Below are positions 1 to 10,180 of a stretch of 64,000 nt of DNA, piece by piece. Numbering within the stretch: the stretch's first letter is position 1; every line of letters begins with the position of its first letter. The stretch comes from an uncultured delta proteobacterium (GTDB lineage Bacteria > Myxococcota_A > Polyangia > Polyangiales > Polyangiaceae). A model generated the notes under the pieces. The model saw only the letters and a list, made by a program, of their open reading frames with translations. It was not told the DNA's origin and ran no database searches. The DNA lies in contig CAWAIF010000003.1 in NCBI GenBank assembly GCA_963782055.1, positions 32,001 to 96,000 on the forward strand. Direction: 5' to 3'. A program made the position numbers and the translations under genes.

Positions 1-2350
1 GAGACAGGGTGGTGGTCGCGTCGAAGAGGGCCTCGTACGCCTCCCTCTCGGCGCGCGCCTGCCGGTAGAGCACCGCCGCCCGCAACGACGTGTCCACGCG
101 CCGCCCGTAGGCACCGCGAAGCGCGTCCGCCGTCTCGCGCAGCACGGTCGCCCGGTGAGGCGAGCCCTCCAGCCGCGCCAGCAGGAGCTCCTGCAGGACG
201 CCGTGGTCGAAGCGGTAGGTGCGCGGGCCCTCCACCCGGACAATCCCCGAGAGCAGCGCGCGGTCCAGCACGCGATCGACCAGGCCGCGCCCCTCGCGCT
301 CGCGGCTTCGCTCCCGGTGGCGCAGCGGCCGCTCCTCGAAGCGGGCGCCCAGCAGCGCCGCGCACCAGAGGAGCCGCTCCGCCCGACCGGCATCCTCGCC
401 CAGCTCGGCGAGCACCGCGTCGAGGCGCCGCTCGATGGCCCCGGCGTGAGGCCGCGAGGCCAGGGCGTCGAGGGTGAGGCCGGGCCGCAGGACGTAGCCC
501 TGGTCTCCCGGAAGGAGCTCCTTCGCGTCCACCCAGTCGAGCAGCGCCTCGCGCAGCAGGAGCGGCGTCTCGTCCAGCCGCTCGGCCAGCGCCCGCGCCA
601 CGTCTCCGGCGAGCGGCAGCACCTCGCCGAGGAGACGCGCCCGCTCGTCCACCGAGAGAGGCCGCAGCTCCTCCACGCCCGCGCGGGGCGCCTCGGCGAT
701 GCGATCGAGCCACGAGCGGACCGAGGGATGCTCGGCGGTCCCGCTGCGCAGCGTCAGCACGAGCAGCAGGCGCGCGTCCTGCGCGCGGAGCAGCCGCTCG
801 GCCAGCTGGAGCGCGCCGTCGCGCGACCAGCCTGCGTCGTCCAGCCACAGGTACACCGGGCGCCGGCGGCTCATGGCGCGCAGCGCCGCGTGGGCGAGAT
901 CGACCGTCGTCTCCGCGGAGACGGGCGCCGCGTCCGCGCTCAGCCACCGGTGCATCGCCGCGACATCGAAGGCGCCGGGCTCCTGCTCGAGCAGCCAGCG
1001 CCACCGGCCCGCGGCGGTCTCCTCCGGCGTCGAGCCCGCAACGGGCGCGCCGAGCAGCCGCCGGACGCAAGCTTGCAGGCTCCCGGTCACGCTGGTGCCG
1101 GAGATGTCGAAGCCGGCGGCCGCGCCGAGCATCTTGCCCATGCGCTCCACCTCCGCGAGGCCGTGGCGCGCCAGCCGGCTCTTGCCCTCCCCGGCGCGGC
1201 CCACGAAGGCCACCAGACTGGTGCCGCCGGACTCCGAGACCTCGTTGACCGCGGTCATCAGCCGCTCGATCTGCGGGCCACGCCCGACGAGCGCCGTGGG
1301 ACGCAGCCGGCGCAGCGAGCCGAGCTCGCGCGCGGAGGTGGCGGGGAGCGCGAACGGGAGCGCCCGGTGCGCGGCGGGCTCGGAGAGCGGCGTCGGCGTG
1401 AGCAGGGCGGGGGTCACCGGCGCGTGCTCGGTCGGCGCGTTCACGACGGGCGCGTCGGCGATGGTCACCGGGCCGCCGGGATCGGTCGGTCCGGCGAGCA
1501 CCGAGAGCGACAGCACGCTGGGCCGCGCCTCGATGACCGCGTCGTCCCACCGGAGCAGCTCGCGCCGCACCTCCGCGGCGAAGCGGGGGCGCCGGAGCGG
1601 GTCTGCATCCATGAGCCCCTCGATCATCGCGACGAGGGCCCCCGGCACCACCAGGCCCTCCCGCGCGGCGAGCGGCCGCCGGCCGTGAAGCTTGCGCCCG
1701 AGGACCTCGGCGACCGAGCCGTCCATGGCGAAGGGAGGCCTGCCGGCGACGAGCTCGTAGAGCATGACGCCGATGGCGTACAGGTCGGTGTACGGGCCCA
1801 CGGGGTCTCGCGTGCCGAACTGCTCCGGCGCCATGTAGTACGGCGTGCCCTGGGGGTTGCGCGTCCTGGTGCCGTGGATCGGGTCGGTCACGTACGCGAT
1901 GCCGAAGTCGGTGATCTTGACGCGCCCGTCCTGCGCGAGCAGCACGTTGGCCGGCTTCAGGTCGCCGTGGACGATGCCCTGCGCGTGCGCGGCGGCGAGC
2001 GCCTCCAGGAGCTGCGAGAAGGCGGCGCGCACCGCGGGCCAGCCCGGCCAGCGGAGCAGGAAGCCCTCCAGGTCTGCGCCGTGGACCAGCTCCATCACCA
2101 GGAAGATCCCGCCGCCGTCGTCGCGCCCCACGTCCAGCAGCTCGACGATGCCCGGGTGGCGGAGCTGCATGACGGCCGCCGCCTCGTCGAGCAGCCCGCG
2201 CTGCGCCGCCGCCCCGCTGTGAGCGGAGCGCATCATCTTGAGGGCGACGTGCCGCCCGCTCGGGCGATGGATCGCCTCGTAGACGCGCCCCATGCCGCCC
2301 TCTCCGAGCAGACGAACGACCTCGTAGGAGGGACCCACTGTCGCGGGCAT
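1..2350 (-). CDS. Ser/Thr protein kinase fused to AAA/NACHT-like ATPase domain (3' end runs off the window)
   Basis: Manual minus-strand translation from ATG 2350: LGEGGMGRVY, VALK, HGDLKPAN, KITDFG, GTPYYMAPEQ, then Walker A VGRAGEGKS. Absent from the ORF track because no stop lies in the window. Confidence 0.92.
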   Translation of the reverse strand, partial: MPATVGPSYEVVRLLGEGGMGRVYEAIHRPSGRHVALKMMRSAHSGAAAQRGLLDEAAAVMQLRHPGIVELLDVGRDDGGGIFLVMELVHGADLEGFLLRWPGWPAVRAAFSQLLEALAAAHAQGIVHGDLKPANVLLAQDGRVKITDFGIAYVTDPIHGTRTRNPQGTPYYMAPEQFGTRDPVGPYTDLYAIGVMLYELVAGRPPFAMDGSVAEVLGRKLHGRRPLAAREGLVVPGALVAMIEGLMDADPLRRPRFAAEVRRELLRWDDAVIEARPSVLSLSVLAGPTDPGGPVTIADAPVVNAPTEHAPVTPALLTPTPLSEPAAHRALPFALPATSARELGSLRRLRPTALVGRGPQIERLMTAVNEVSESGGTSLVAFVGRAGEGKSRLARHGLAEVERMGKMLGAAAGFDISGTSVTGSLQACVRRLLGAPVAGSTPEETAAGRWRWLLEQEPGAFDVAAMHRWLSADAAPVSAETTVDLAHAALRAMSRRRPVYLWLDDAGWSRDGALQLAERLLRAQDARLLLVLTLRSGTAEHPSVRSWLDRIAEAPRAGVEELRPLSVDERARLLGEVLPLAGDVARALAERLDETPLLLREALLDWVDAKELLPGDQGYVLRPGLTLDALASRPHAGAIERRLDAVLAELGEDAGRAERLLWCAALLGARFEERPLRHRERSREREGRGLVDRVLDRALLSGIVRVEGPRTYRFDHGVLQELLLARLEGSPHRATVLRETADALRGAYGRRVDTSLRAAVLYRQARAEREAYEALFDATTTLS

Positions 2351-2393
2351 CGACCGAAGCTTAGCCCCAAACCCGCGCCCCGCCCGCCGCGCC

Positions 2394-4275
2394 TCAGCGC
2401 GGCTCGCGGAAGGTGGAGGGATCGAAGGTGTTCAGGCCCAGCCCAGCCGCGTCCGGCGCGGGCTCGCCCTTCACGCCCCCGAGCCAGCGGACGACGCGCC
2501 CGGCGACGGGATCCTTCGGCGAGGCCGCGCGCAGGTCCTCGATGGTGGCCGACACCCACTCCCTGTCGTGCGTCTCCAGCGCCGCCAGCACCCGCCTGCG
2601 AAGCGGCGCCGCCGCCATGCGCTCCACCTCCGGGTCGGGCGCGGTGTCGAGCGCCGCGTGGACCGACTCCAGCGCGGCGTGGGAGTCGGCGCGTGCCTTC
2701 TTCCTATCGCTCGAGCCGCGCGGCTCCACCCAGTACCGGTCGAAGAGGCCGTCGGGCACCAGATGCGTCGCCAGCCTGTGCTCCCAGCGCGAGTCGAAGC
2801 CGATCAGCAGCGGACGCGCGGCCGCCACCTGAGAGAGAGAACTCCTCCGGGGCGCCGTACAGCGCCACGTCGCGCACGTAGCCGGCGAGCCGGCCGTCGC
2901 GCGCGAGCTCGAGGCGCGCGCCGGGGCCCGCGGTGTCCCCGGCGAAGAGGAGGGAGAGGTCGCCGCGCAGGTCGCCCGCGGCCCGCAGCGCGACCGCGCG
3001 CAGCGCCACCCGGTGGTCGCCCGTCACGACCACCGCGTGCACCTCGGCGCCGCCGAACGCGGCGGTGTCGAACGCCTGCGCGGCGCCGGGCGTGCGCGCG
3101 GCGGCCGCGAGCAATCCGTCGTCGGCGCTCTTGGCCGCCACGGCCACCTCCAGCAGCACCACCATCCCCGCGCTCGCCGCCGCGAAGGGGACCTTCGTCC
3201 CGCGCACCCAGTCCGCCGCCACGAACATGCCGATCGCCGCCAGCCAGGAGACGGCGGCGAGCGTCGCGAGGGCCGCGGCGCCGTAGCGCGTCGGCCCCGC
3301 CGGCGCCCCCAGCGCCATCGCCGCGGCGCCCACGACGGCCACCGCGATGGGCGGCGCCGTCCGCGCCCGCGCGCGCCCACGCAGCATGCCGACGACCGCC
3401 CCCAGCGCAGCGAGCGCGAGCGCGACGACGCCGAGCTCGTGCCGCAGCAGCACGGCGGCGGTGGACCGCGTCGACTCCCCCCGCTCGCCGAGCGGCGCCG
3501 CCCACGCGCTCACGCTCGCGAAGAGCGAGGTGGAGATCGCGCGCCGCCACGCCGCCCAGCCCAGCGGCGCCAGCCCGGCGAGGAACGCTCCGGCCGCGAC
3601 GACGAGCGTCCGCCTGCCAGGCGGCGGCGTACCGCGGAGCGCCATGGCCGCTGCGGCTCCCGCCACCGCGCACGCGAGCACGTCGGGCTGGTAGCTCGCC
3701 GCGAGACCCACGAGCAACGCGGCCAGCGTCTCGCCGTCCTCGTCGCGGGAGAGCGCCCACGCCGGTCCGAGCGCGAACACCGCGCCCAGCGCGGCGCCGC
3801 CCGCGCCGAGCGCCTCGACCTGACCGGCGCCTCCGAGCGTGGCGAGCACCGCGCCGATGGCCGCCGTCGCGCTCGCCAGGCGTCGCGACGTCGTCGACGA
3901 CGCCGCCCCCGCCATCGCGGCGAGCGTCCGGCGCGCCGCCGCGAACACCAGCGCACCGAGCATCCCCGCGGCCGCCCCCGAAGCGAGCACCGCCCGCGTC
4001 GCGCGCGTGCCGAGCGGCAGCGCGAGCCACGGCGCCGCCCAGAGCGCGTCCGCCCCGCGCCACAGGCCCGCCGCGCCCCACCCCACCACGCGCACCGTGG
4101 CCTCGTCGTGCGCGGGCAAGGGGACGCGCGCCGCGCCGGCCGCCACGGCCGCCGCCGGGAGCAGCGCGCAGAGGATCAGGAGCGCGGCATCCAGCCGCGA
4201 CGGCTCGGTCGACGCGCCCGGCGGGCGGTCCGCCGACGCTGCACGCCGGACCTCAGGCGTCTCGCGGGGTCCCAC
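2394..4275 (-). pseudogene. Multi-pass membrane protein (weak DUF2723/glycosyltransferase-like resemblance), split by a frameshift at the (GA)5 tract 2831-2840
   Basis: The hydrophobic ORF 2704..4275 loses coding character after EEFSLS; ORF 2394..2828 continues VAAARPLLIGFD in another frame. One extra TC unit gives continuous EEFSLSQVAAARPLL. Confidence 0.65.
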
Positions 4276-4512
4276 CCCACGCGCTTACATAAGAACCTGC
4301 TCGCCTGCCAACTTCTCGGACCCGCCACGCGCCAGCCGAACAAACCCCGAGCCATGACGCCCGCTGCGGACCGGAGGCCGCGTGGACGGCGGCGCGAGCC
4401 GCCCCAGCGACGCCTCCGAGAGGCATCCGAGCTCCAATCACATCCTCTCGGCGCGCGCATTCAGGCTACGCTGCCGCCCTGCGTCAGCAGACCCAAGGAA
4501 AGGCAGCGCTCC

Positions 4513-6396
4513 GTGGCCCGATTCATCGATGAGCTGAAACGAACGCATCACGACGGCGAGCTCCGCGCCGCGGACGCCGGCAAGGAGGTCGTCCTCTTCG
4601 GCTGGGTCGCCAGCTACCGCGACCACGGCGGCTGCGTCTTCGTCGACCTCCGCGACCGCGAGGGGATCACCCAGCTCGTCTTCGACCCCGAGCTCGCCGG
4701 CCACGGCGACCAGCCGAAGCAGGCCTACGACGTCGCGCAATCTCTTCGCAGCGAGTGGGTCATCGGCGTACGCGGCGTGGTGGTGAGCCGCGGGCAGAAC
4801 AAGAACCCCCGCATGGTGACGGGCGAGATCGAGGTGCACGTCGTGGAGCTCGGCGTCTTCAACAAGGCGGACACGCCCCCCTTCGAGATCCTGGACCAGA
4901 TCGACACCTCCGAGGAGAAGCGCCTGCAGTACCGCTACCTCGACCTGCGACGCGCCCCGCTGCAGAAGACCCTGCGCGTGCGCCACCGCATCAACCAGGT
5001 CACCCGCCGCTACTTCGACGAGAACGGCTTCCTCGAGCTGGAGACGCCGGTGATGGTGAAGTACACGCCCGGCGGCGCGCGCAACTTCCTGGTCCCCAGC
5101 CGCATGTCCCCGGGGAAGTTCTTCGCCCTGGCGGAGAGCCCGCAGCTCTTCAAGCAGCTCTACATGGTCGCCGGGTTCGACAGGTACTTCCAGATCGTCA
5201 AGTGCTTCCGCGACGAGGACCTGCGCCTGGATCGCCAGCCGGAGTTCACCCAGATCGACGTGGAGATGAGCTTCGTCAACCAGGACGACGTCTTCCGCAT
5301 CATGGAGGGCCTCGTCTTCCGCGTGTGGAAGGAGGTCCTCGGCATCGACCTCGCGGAGAAGTACCCCGACGGGCGCTTCCCGCAGATGCCCTTCGAGGAG
5401 TCGATGGCGCACTACGGCAACGACAAGCCCGACCTGCGCTTCGGCCTGCAGCACGCGGACGTGACCGACGTGGTGATCGACCACTCCGGCGGTGGCATCC
5501 CCTTCTGGAAGGACATCGCCGACAAGTTCGCCAGCGGCCGCTACCGCCGCGACCTCCCGGCGGAGATCGTCAAGGCGCTGCGCATCCCGGCCGAGCACGC
5601 GACGAAGCTCTCCCGCGCCGAGGTGGACAAGCTGGAGGAGTACGTCAAGGGCATGGGCGCCAAGGGCCTCGCCCGCGCGAAGGTGGACGCCCAGGGCAAC
5701 TGGACGCAGTCGCCGCTCGCCAAGACCATCACGCCGGAGCTGCGCGCGGCGATCAACGCGCGGGTCGGCGCGAAGGAGGGCGACCTGCTCTTCTTCCAGT
5801 TCGGCAAGGAGAGCGTGGTGCAGACCGTGCTCGCCAACCTGCGCGTGCACCTCGCCAAGAAGCTCGAGCTCATCCCCGAGAGCGGCCACGGCGGACGCTT
5901 CGACTTCCTCTGGGTCGTGAACCCGCCGCTCTTCGAGTACGACGACGACAGGAAGACGTGGGTCGCCGCGCACCACGCCTTCACCCGCCCGCACGACGAC
6001 TGCGTCGCCATGCTCGACACCGACCCGGGCAAGGTCCTCTGCTACCGCTACGACCTGGTGCTCAACGGCTTCGAGATCGGCGGCGGGTCCATCCGCCTGC
6101 ACGACCCGGCGGTGCAGGCCAAGGTCTTCCGCGCCCTCGGCATCTCCGACGAGGAGGCGCGCGCCAAGTTCGGCTTCCTGCTGGACGCGCTGCGCTTCGG
6201 CGCGCCGCCGCACGGCGGCATCGCCATCGGCATGGACCGCCTGGCGATGCTCCTCTCCGGCGCGGAGAGCCTGCGCGACGTCATCCCGTACCCCAAGACG
6301 CAGAAGGGCACCGACCTGATGACCGACGCGCCCAACCGCGCGTCTCCGGAGCAGCTCGCCGAGCTCAAGATCCGCGTGCTGGCGGACGAGGGCTGA
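4513..6396 (+). CDS. aspS: Aspartate--tRNA ligase
   Basis: GTG start; RDHGGCVFVDLRD, RLQYRYLDLR, ALAESPQLFKQ, CFRDEDLRLDRQPEFTQID, GGGSIR, PPHGGIAIGMDR class IIb motifs. Confidence 0.98.
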   Translation: MARFIDELKRTHHDGELRAADAGKEVVLFGWVASYRDHGGCVFVDLRDREGITQLVFDPELAGHGDQPKQAYDVAQSLRSEWVIGVRGVVVSRGQNKNPRMVTGEIEVHVVELGVFNKADTPPFEILDQIDTSEEKRLQYRYLDLRRAPLQKTLRVRHRINQVTRRYFDENGFLELETPVMVKYTPGGARNFLVPSRMSPGKFFALAESPQLFKQLYMVAGFDRYFQIVKCFRDEDLRLDRQPEFTQIDVEMSFVNQDDVFRIMEGLVFRVWKEVLGIDLAEKYPDGRFPQMPFEESMAHYGNDKPDLRFGLQHADVTDVVIDHSGGGIPFWKDIADKFASGRYRRDLPAEIVKALRIPAEHATKLSRAEVDKLEEYVKGMGAKGLARAKVDAQGNWTQSPLAKTITPELRAAINARVGAKEGDLLFFQFGKESVVQTVLANLRVHLAKKLELIPESGHGGRFDFLWVVNPPLFEYDDDRKTWVAAHHAFTRPHDDCVAMLDTDPGKVLCYRYDLVLNGFEIGGGSIRLHDPAVQAKVFRALGISDEEARAKFGFLLDALRFGAPPHGGIAIGMDRLAMLLSGAESLRDVIPYPKTQKGTDLMTDAPNRASPEQLAELKIRVLADEG

Positions 6397-6397
6397 C

Positions 6398-6928
6398 GTG
6401 CGCCGGGCGACGGTCACCGCGCTCGTGTTCGGCGTCGTCGGCGCGGGGCTGGCGGTCTTCGCGGCGTGCGACACCACGTCGATATACGTCTACAACGCGC
6501 GCCAGTACGATCCGGCGCGCGACTGCCTGACCAATCTCACCGGCCTCGACGTCCTGGAGGGCGACGACCCCGGCGTCGGGTGCGTCGCGCGCTGCCTCGT
6601 CGGCCACGACGTGTTCGACGGCTCGGCCGTCCTGCTCGGCACGACGGAGTGCGGTCCGGTCCCGCCGGGCTTCGACGACAGCGCGTCCAACCCGCTGTGC
6701 CCCGAGGTCATCGCCGCACTCAAGCGCGACGACATCTGCGACGCCGACGGCGGCTCGACCAACCCGCGCGACGGCGGGGCGGACGGAGGCGACGCGGCCG
6801 GCGACGCGGCCGATGACGCCGGCGATGCGGCGAGCGATGGGGCATCCGGCGACGCCTCCGACGCCGCAACCGATGCGGCAACGGACGCGACCGACGGCTC
6901 GATATCGCTTGATGCGGCCAGTGAATAA
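6398..6928 (+). CDS. Cys-rich lipoprotein with acidic DAG/DAA-repeat tail
   Basis: GTG 1 nt after the aspS stop; lipobox FAAC; several Cys; low-complexity D/A/G C-terminus. Confidence 0.75.
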   Translation: MRRATVTALVFGVVGAGLAVFAACDTTSIYVYNARQYDPARDCLTNLTGLDVLEGDDPGVGCVARCLVGHDVFDGSAVLLGTTECGPVPPGFDDSASNPLCPEVIAALKRDDICDADGGSTNPRDGGADGGDAAGDAADDAGDAASDGASGDASDAATDAATDATDGSISLDAASE

Positions 6929-7081
6929 GTGGAAAGCCGGGCGTGAAAGACTGGCGTCTCGGCGCGATGTGACTTATCTGATTCTCGGCCCTCTCGTTGC
7001 TGCTGTGCGCTGCCCCCCCTCGCGCGCGTGGTTGCGGGAGGGCCACTTTCTTGCTCGCCGTCGCCGGCGCGGTGGCGCCCC

Positions 7082-8065
7082 TCAGCGCCTGAGGAGCGCC
7101 CGGAGCACCGCCATCGGGCTGAAGCCGAGCGTCGCGGTGACGTCCTTCTCGGTCGCGCTGCCCACGCGCTGGCGCAAGGACCTCAGCGCCGGCTCCAGCA
7201 TGCCGAGCGGGTCGAGCGCCGGCACGAAGCCACGCAGACTCTCGAACGCGTAACGCGCCCCGTCGACGCCGAGGGCGACGCCGACCGCCACCGGGATGGG
7301 GGAGAGCGCCACGTCGCGCACCGCGACGGCGCGACTCCACGCGCCCGGACGCGCGTCCACCTGCAGCCCGTGGAAGACGTCCACCTCGGCGAAGCAGCCC
7401 AGCGCGAGCGGCGCGTAGCGCTCCTCCACGGCGCGCACCAGGTGGCGGAAGTCGCGTCGCCAGTCGCCGGAGAGCAGGCCCATGGCGGGGCGCATCTCGT
7501 CCGGGCCGGCGATGACGTCGAAGCCCGGCCCGCGCCGCCGCGCGACGAAGCACGTCCAGAGCTCCCCCTGCTTGAACAGCCCCAGCGCGATCGCCTTGCC
7601 GTCGCCGCAGACGGCGTCGAGCGTGCGGCGCACCATCGGCTCGGTGGGGACGGGCACGTTGCGCAGGCGGCGCGGCCACGACTCGATGGCGCCGGCGTGC
7701 ATCATCTCGCGCACGATGCCCACCATGCAGAGCGACTGCGTCACCAGATCCTGCCCGCGTCGCGCGCGCGAGCCGAAGCGCTCCATCACCTCTTCCAGGG
7801 CGCCCACCTCGAGCGAGAGCGCCCAGCTCGCCTCGTGCGCGGCGGCCATCTCGGCCAGGGGCACCGGCCAGGTCGCCGGCGGGTCCACCCGGCCGCGCCG
7901 TGTCGAGAGCGCCTTGCGCGCGCGCCCCGCTTCGTGCACGACGATGACGCCGCCTCGAGGCCGCGTCGCCTCGCGGTCCGGCGAGGCGCGCGGCTTCCAC
8001 AAGCTCACGAAGCGGATCCAGTCCTCGGCGGTCCACCCTTCCAAACGAACGTCCGGCGTGAGCAT
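7082..8065 (-). CDS. Hypothetical protein
   Basis: MLTPDVRLEGWTAEDW...; globular composition and GC3-biased codons. The start could extend to 8107. Confidence 0.75.
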   Translation of the reverse strand: MLTPDVRLEGWTAEDWIRFVSLWKPRASPDREATRPRGGVIVVHEAGRARKALSTRRGRVDPPATWPVPLAEMAAAHEASWALSLEVGALEEVMERFGSRARRGQDLVTQSLCMVGIVREMMHAGAIESWPRRLRNVPVPTEPMVRRTLDAVCGDGKAIALGLFKQGELWTCFVARRRGPGFDVIAGPDEMRPAMGLLSGDWRRDFRHLVRAVEERYAPLALGCFAEVDVFHGLQVDARPGAWSRAVAVRDVALSPIPVAVGVALGVDGARYAFESLRGFVPALDPLGMLEPALRSLRQRVGSATEKDVTATLGFSPMAVLRALLRR

Positions 8066-8138
8066 CGAAGCGCGTAGAGTAATCGAGGGGGAGACAGAGG
8101 TAGACACCGAATTCGAGTCCGAGCCGAAGCCTCGGACG

Positions 8139-9095
8139 ATGAACCCGATGCAGACCCCCGAGACCCTCTTCCACGAGTACTTCTGGCCGCTCTACCCCGA
8201 GGACGCGCGGGCCGACCTGGCGCGCGCGCGCTCGCTGGACGCGAACCCCGGCGGCAACCCTTCGGTGCTGGCCCACCTGGACGAGGCGGCGGCGGTCTTC
8301 GTCGCCATGCACGCGAAGGTCTTCGGCGGAGACCTCCAGCTGGACTACACCGACGCGAGCGTGCATCGCCTCGGGGCGGCGCTCACGCGGGACGTCCGCG
8401 ATGCGCTGGCCCGCCACGCCTCCCCCGGCTCGCCGGTGACCGAGCTCTTCAACGTGGTGGTGCACGGCGCCGCGTACGTGGGGCGCTGTATCGTGCGGTG
8501 CCACGACGCCGAGTGGGAGGTGCGTCGCCCGCTGTGGGAGAGCCTGGTGCGCCTGCGGTCGCACGCCGGCGTGGCCGAGCTGGCGGTGTTCCAGTGGTGG
8601 CTCAAGGCGCTGGCCGACGCCGCCTACGACGAAGGCGGACGCCCCCGCCACGGCCTCGCCGAGCGCTACCGCACCTACGTCGAGGTGCCGACGACAGCGC
8701 CGGACGAGCTGCCGGTGCTCGCCGACCCCGCGCGCGACCTGCCGCGCCTTGCACGGGTCCGCTACGATCTGCTGCACAAGTACCTGCGCGCGCACGTGCC
8801 CGAGCTGAAGGACCTGGGCGCCGACTTCCCCGCGCCGGAGCGCTTCGACGCCTACGCCTTCCAGTGGCTGGAGCTGCGCCTCGTCGGCGGCGGGCGCATG
8901 CTCCTCGTCTACGGCCCGGGCAAGGGAGGCCTCCACGCCTTCTGGCTGGATCGCGGCGGCTTCCAGAAGAGCGCGCTCTTCGCGGCGGACGATTTCCCGG
9001 CGCCGGTGGTGGCCGTGCACGGCGACAAGATCCGCTTCGTCGTGTCGCATGACGGCAAGTCGGTGCGGCACGAGACGCTCTGGTGGGGGCCGTAG
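8139..9095 (+). CDS. Hypothetical protein
   Basis: MNPMQTPETLFHEYFWPLYP...ETLWWGP; aromatic-rich globular sequence; divergent from the previous gene. Confidence 0.75.
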   Translation: MNPMQTPETLFHEYFWPLYPEDARADLARARSLDANPGGNPSVLAHLDEAAAVFVAMHAKVFGGDLQLDYTDASVHRLGAALTRDVRDALARHASPGSPVTELFNVVVHGAAYVGRCIVRCHDAEWEVRRPLWESLVRLRSHAGVAELAVFQWWLKALADAAYDEGGRPRHGLAERYRTYVEVPTTAPDELPVLADPARDLPRLARVRYDLLHKYLRAHVPELKDLGADFPAPERFDAYAFQWLELRLVGGGRMLLVYGPGKGGLHAFWLDRGGFQKSALFAADDFPAPVVAVHGDKIRFVVSHDGKSVRHETLWWGP

Positions 9096-9128
9096 CTCGC
9101 CGGCCGCGCGTGGTAGGATGGCCACGTC

Positions 9129-10160
9129 ATGCGCCTCGCGTCGTTGAAGCTCTACGGTCTGGGCGTCCTGGACGGCACGTCGGTGGCGCTGGGTGACGAC
9201 GAGGTGAGCGCGCGCGCTCTCACGGTGCTCTTCGGCGCCGACGGCGTCGGGAAGACCACCATCCTCGCCGCGATCGCCTCGACGCGGCCGGGCTATGCCT
9301 TCCCGCTCGCGCTGCGCGCGCGGGCGCGCGAGAGGGAGGAGAGCTCGCCTGCCTACGCGGTGACGGAGTGGCTGCTCGGCGACGACGACCCGGAGCGACC
9401 TCACCCGCTCGTCGTCTGCAGCCCCAACACCCCCATCGCCGAGGGCGACGGCGTGGCGCTGCTGCGGCGGCGCGAGCAGGCTCTGTTCGACAGGAAGGCG
9501 CAGCAGCGCGGGCACGTGCTCGTCACCGTCTCCGGCGCGCGGTGGTTCTCCCGCACCCCGGTGCTGCTGACGACGCCGGAGCGCACCGTCGCCCGATACG
9601 ACGTGCGGGCCTCCGCCAGCTTCGACGACGCCGGGCGCGCGGACATGGCGCGGGAGACGAAGCAGGTGCTGACCTACGCCGGCATCGCCCGCGCGCTCGA
9701 GCCGGAGGGGCGGCTCCCCGCCCTCGACCGCGCCGTGCGCGAGGTATGCGAGATCCTCCTGGAGCCGTACGGCGTGCGGTACTCCGGGCCGAGCGCGACC
9801 ACACTCGAGCCGGTCTTCGAGCGCGAGGGTCGCCCCGCCAGCTTCGAGGACCTGCCTCGCGGCGCGCGTCACCTGCTCGCCATCGGCGCGGGCGCGCTGC
9901 GCGCCCTCTACGGCGCCTTCGACACCGGGGACGTCCGCTTCCGGGAGGGCGTCGTGCTGGTCGACGACCTGGAGTCTCAGCAGGACGCGGGCATCCAGCG
10001 GCTGCTCCCCGCGCTGCTGCGCCAGGCGCTGCCGCGCGTGCAGTGGGTGGTGGCCACGTCGTCCCCGGCGATCACACTCGGCTGCACCGGCGGCGAGGTG
10101 GTCGCGCTGCGCCGCGCCGCCGGCCGCGTGGAGCTCCAGGAGCGGGCGATCATCCACTGA
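9129..10160 (+). CDS. ABC/AAA_21-type ATP-binding protein
   Basis: Walker A GADGVGKT, degenerate signature LPRGAR, Walker B VLVDDLE, QWVVATSSP. Confidence 0.8.
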   Translation: MRLASLKLYGLGVLDGTSVALGDDEVSARALTVLFGADGVGKTTILAAIASTRPGYAFPLALRARAREREESSPAYAVTEWLLGDDDPERPHPLVVCSPNTPIAEGDGVALLRRREQALFDRKAQQRGHVLVTVSGARWFSRTPVLLTTPERTVARYDVRASASFDDAGRADMARETKQVLTYAGIARALEPEGRLPALDRAVREVCEILLEPYGVRYSGPSATTLEPVFEREGRPASFEDLPRGARHLLAIGAGALRALYGAFDTGDVRFREGVVLVDDLESQQDAGIQRLLPALLRQALPRVQWVVATSSPAITLGCTGGEVVALRRAAGRVELQERAIIH

Positions 10161-10180
10161 TCAGGGGATATGCTTCCTCG

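Noticed and set aside
155..2881. 908-aa plus-strand ORF and similar long ORFs (e.g. 39246-43502 -, 6720-10157 -, 49397-52402 -)
   Set aside because: Antisense or off-frame shadows of real genes, expected at this GC; Arg/Ala/Pro-rich with no motifs.
4276..4512. T-box, tRNA or riboswitch upstream of aspS
   Set aside because: No recognisable T-box motif, cloverleaf or terminator seen by eye; an Rfam scan would be needed.
9129..10160. Anti-phage ATPase (Septu/PARIS/retron-type)
   Set aside because: No adjacent HNH, TOPRIM or RT partner; codon usage is host-like.
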